This document shows positions 25,158-27,629 of a DNA stretch of 27,629 bases, in pieces. Position numbers and translations under genes: made by a program. Location: positions 1-27,629 of the forward strand of contig SKZX01000203.1 in NCBI GenBank assembly GCA_007127175.1, in the 5' to 3' direction. The notes below the pieces were generated by a model, which saw only the letters and a program-made list of their open reading frames with translations, did no database searches and was not told the origin of the DNA. Each line of letters opens with the position of its first letter. The first letter of the stretch is position 1. This DNA comes from Desulfobacterales bacterium. GTDB taxonomy: Bacteria; Desulfobacterota; Desulfobacteria; Desulfobacterales; Desulfosalsimonadaceae.

Positions 25158-26201
25158 CTACTGCCGCTGAAAATTGATCCGGGGATCAATCAAAACATAG
25201 CACAGGTCAGACAAAATATTGCCCAGCAACCCAAGGATCGAAGTCAAGGCCAGTATACCCATGAAAACCGGGTAATCACGCCCCACGATGGCCTCCAGGC
25301 TCAAGCGCCCCATGCCGGGTATTTCAAAAACCTGCTCGATAATAACGGACCCCGCGAACATGACGGTTAAAATGGCCCCGATACCCGTTGCAATGGGAAT
25401 AAGCGAATTTCTGACCGCATGGCCCCAGATTGCCCTGGAATAGGACCCGCCCTTGGCCAGTACGGTCCGGACGTAATCCCGGCTGATCTGCTCGATGAGT
25501 GAATTTTTCATCAAGAGGGTCAGTATGGCGAAATTGCCGATGACATAGCACAGGACAGGCAGAAACATGTGCATGAAAATATCATGCAGCCGGCCCAGGG
25601 GTCCCAGTTCGGCATAATCATCGGAATGGAACCCCGCCGTGGGGAATATGTCCCACAGGCCGTCTACCGTTCCGCCAAAAAGCATCTTCAGGATCATTCC
25701 CAGGGCAAAGGGTGGAATGGCATACCCCACAAACACGATGATGCTCGATGCGACGTCGAACGCGCTGTTATGCCTGAGCGCTTTCATGATGCCCAGGGGG
25801 ATGCAGATGAGGTAGGACAGGAGCAGCCCGGTCACCCCAAAAACCATGGACACTCTGAAGCGGTCACGGATCAACTCCCATGCGCTCCGGTCAGGGTACC
25901 GATAGGACGCCATCTGCATGCCGATCCGGTCATCGACAAGCCATTTTTTGTACCGCACATGAAACGGCTGGTCAAAACCATAGTAGGCCTCGATTTCCAT
26001 TCTCTGCCGCTCTGTGATGGTGTCTGCCGTGCCGCCGGCGGCGCGGTACTCCCCCTCACCAATGCCCCTTATGTTCATGATGGCCTGTTCAACGGGGCCG
26101 CCCGGCACAAACTGGATCATTCCGAAGCAAAGCAGTGTGATGCCGATAAATGTCGGGAATACAAGCAGAATACGCTTTATGAAATAGTCGATTCGTTCCA
26201 T
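25158..26201 (-). CDS. Peptide ABC transporter permease (YejB/OppB-like)
   Basis: YFIKRILLVFPTFIGIT, FVPGGPVEQ, YYGFDQP, LGIMKALRHNSAFD, DYVRTVLAKG (EAA region), GSVIIEQVF, LIDPRINF. Confidence 0.92.
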   Translation of the reverse strand: MERIDYFIKRILLVFPTFIGITLLCFGMIQFVPGGPVEQAIMNIRGIGEGEYRAAGGTADTITERQRMEIEAYYGFDQPFHVRYKKWLVDDRIGMQMASYRYPDRSAWELIRDRFRVSMVFGVTGLLLSYLICIPLGIMKALRHNSAFDVASSIIVFVGYAIPPFALGMILKMLFGGTVDGLWDIFPTAGFHSDDYAELGPLGRLHDIFMHMFLPVLCYVIGNFAILTLLMKNSLIEQISRDYVRTVLAKGGSYSRAIWGHAVRNSLIPIATGIGAILTVMFAGSVIIEQVFEIPGMGRLSLEAIVGRDYPVFMGILALTSILGLLGNILSDLCYVLIDPRINFQRQ

Positions 26202-26273
26202 GGTCAGCGGAAATCAAGATCGTAAACGGTTCAAAGCCTTTGCCTGTGGGCGGTTTCAAAAGTTCGGGTAGTC

Positions 26274-26303
26274 ATTATTAACGAATCGGGGGGGGCATTT
26301 CAA
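26274..26303 (-). promoter_or_regulatory. Candidate sigma70 promoter of the ABC operon, with a C8 tract in the spacer
   Basis: The minus strand reads TTGAAA-N18-AATAAT; G8 at 26288-26295 on the plus strand. Confidence 0.4.
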
Positions 26304-26387
26304 GACAATTCAGTCATTACTGAAATATGGGTATTATTCATACCATATTTTGCTAAAATTTCGCATATTATGATCATTTTTTTATTA

Positions 26388-26416
26388 TTGACAAACCGTA
26401 TTTTGTATATCATTAT
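26388..26416 (+). promoter_or_regulatory. Candidate sigma70 promoter of the PAS sensor gene
   Basis: TTGACA (26388-26393)-N17-CATTAT (26411-26416) in an AT-rich intergenic region. Confidence 0.45.
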
Positions 26417-26509
26417 TAAACTTTATTGGTAGCCATTAATCCTTTAATGGGTTGCCGCTGCCATGCAAAACATAACCGATTCCATCCTGTAAAAACCAGA
26501 CCGACCAAC

Positions 26510-27629
26510 GTGAAAAAAAACCATCCATCACAGCAGCGGCCTTCATGGTTTAAAAAAAAGAAGCCGCCAAAATACCGGCCGCTTATCAGGGCGCCCCGGA
26601 CACTGTTGCTGCTGCGTATCAGCTTTGTGATAATCGGCGCCTTTTATTTCATATTCCACGCTGATGCTGCGCCGGTGGCTTCTCTCCAAACCATCGTGGC
26701 CATTGCCCTGCTGCTTTGCCTGACCTACCTGCTGCTGTATTTTATTGCGGGCCGGGAAAAAACGAGCGCCGAATACATCATCGTTCCCTTCTGGCTGGAT
26801 ATCGGCGGCAGCCTTTTTGTCTGGCTCAATGACCCGCTCAGCCCCTCCCCGATGCTGCTTTATATTTTTGTTGCGGCCCTTATCAACGGTGTGCACAACG
26901 GATTTTCCGCTTTTCGCAATGTTTTAAGGATAACGGCGATGGCCGCACCCATTGTCTTCACGGCCCGCAGCATGATGCACGGTTTTTTCACGACAGAGCT
27001 CGTCCTGCTGGCCATCGGCACCTTTATCATGCTCTATCTCTACCTGGTGATCACCGAAATCAACACCCTCCAGGACAAGACCCGGGAAAAAACCGCGGAC
27101 ATGGTTCAAACCAACAAGGAACTGCAGAAAACCGGCCGGGCGCTCCAGGAAAGTGAAGCCCGATACCGCGCGATGTTTGAAGAAAGCGGCGCGGCAACGG
27201 TGCTGGCGGAAGAAAGAACGACGCTCATCACCCTGGCCAACTCAAAGTTTGAGCAATTGACCAAGTACAAAAAAAGTGAACTTTGCAACACCATCCGGCT
27301 CTCCGATTTGATCTGGGCCGATGACATGGAAAGGATGCGGCGCGCTCATCACGGCCGGCGGATGAGGCCGGAGGGTAAAACCCATCCCGACGAATTTGAG
27401 TGCCGCCTGACGGACAAAAAAGGCAATATCCGTTTTGTCGTCCTCCGGTTCGGGCTGAATATCTGGCATGAGAGGCTCATTGTTACCATGGTCGATATTA
27501 CGGCGGCCCGAAAATCAAAGATCGCTTTTCAGAAATACAGCGCCCACCTCCTTGAGTTAACGAAAAAGCTTCAGGAAAGCGGGCTCCACTACAGGAACCT
27601 GTTTGAAAACACCGGAACAGCAACCATAC
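26510..27629 (+). CDS. Membrane-bound PAS-domain sensor (partial; runs off the window end)
   Basis: Translated by hand; absent from the ORF track. The frame is open from GTG 26510 (or ATG 26447) to the window end. It has several hydrophobic helices, a coiled coil, then ESEARYRAMFEESGAATV...ANSKFEQLT...VDIT (PAS) and the start of a second PAS (YRNLFENTGTATI). Confidence 0.85.
   Translation, partial: MKKNHPSQQRPSWFKKKKPPKYRPLIRAPRTLLLLRISFVIIGAFYFIFHADAAPVASLQTIVAIALLLCLTYLLLYFIAGREKTSAEYIIVPFWLDIGGSLFVWLNDPLSPSPMLLYIFVAALINGVHNGFSAFRNVLRITAMAAPIVFTARSMMHGFFTTELVLLAIGTFIMLYLYLVITEINTLQDKTREKTADMVQTNKELQKTGRALQESEARYRAMFEESGAATVLAEERTTLITLANSKFEQLTKYKKSELCNTIRLSDLIWADDMERMRRAHHGRRMRPEGKTHPDEFECRLTDKKGNIRFVVLRFGLNIWHERLIVTMVDITAARKSKIAFQKYSAHLLELTKKLQESGLHYRNLFENTGTATI

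Noticed and set aside
26543-27469. Short ORFs in the track at the right end
   Set aside because: They are alternative frames of the single open PAS-sensor frame that runs off the window.

Overview
27.6-kb bacterial chromosomal window, mostly housekeeping genes. The gene set (LptD, RNase J, RicT/PSP1, 2[4Fe-4S] ferredoxin, YhaM) points to a Gram-negative anaerobe, probably Desulfobacterota; this is an inference. Left arm, minus strand: yhaM-like HD nuclease, tmk, a cysteine synthase::CysRS-like fusion, a coupled hypothetical gene, ferredoxin, ogt, a hypothetical gene and rnj. Middle, plus strand: lptD, ihfB-like, holB, ricT, metG, a transpeptidase-domain PBP, a giant GlmS-like protein and a GerMN-like protein. 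Right: a yejB/yejE/oppD/oppF-type peptide ABC operon (minus strand) and a divergent, truncated membrane PAS sensor. Best candidate for a novel system: a 763-aa PLP cysteine synthase fused to a full-length CysRS fold. That domain keeps its Zn/cysteine ligands and anticodon domain but has lost both class I ATP signatures (HIGH reads NLGE; KMSKS is absent), and the gene is ATGA-coupled to an unknown 325-aa gene. Also notable: a ~1243-aa GlmS with an internal catalytic Cys; two inverted copies of a ~125-bp palindromic element flanking tmk-yhaM-lptD; a 159-bp nested-palindrome MITE-like element; and VNTRs inside the ABC operon. No rRNA, tRNA, CRISPR array or transposase was seen.
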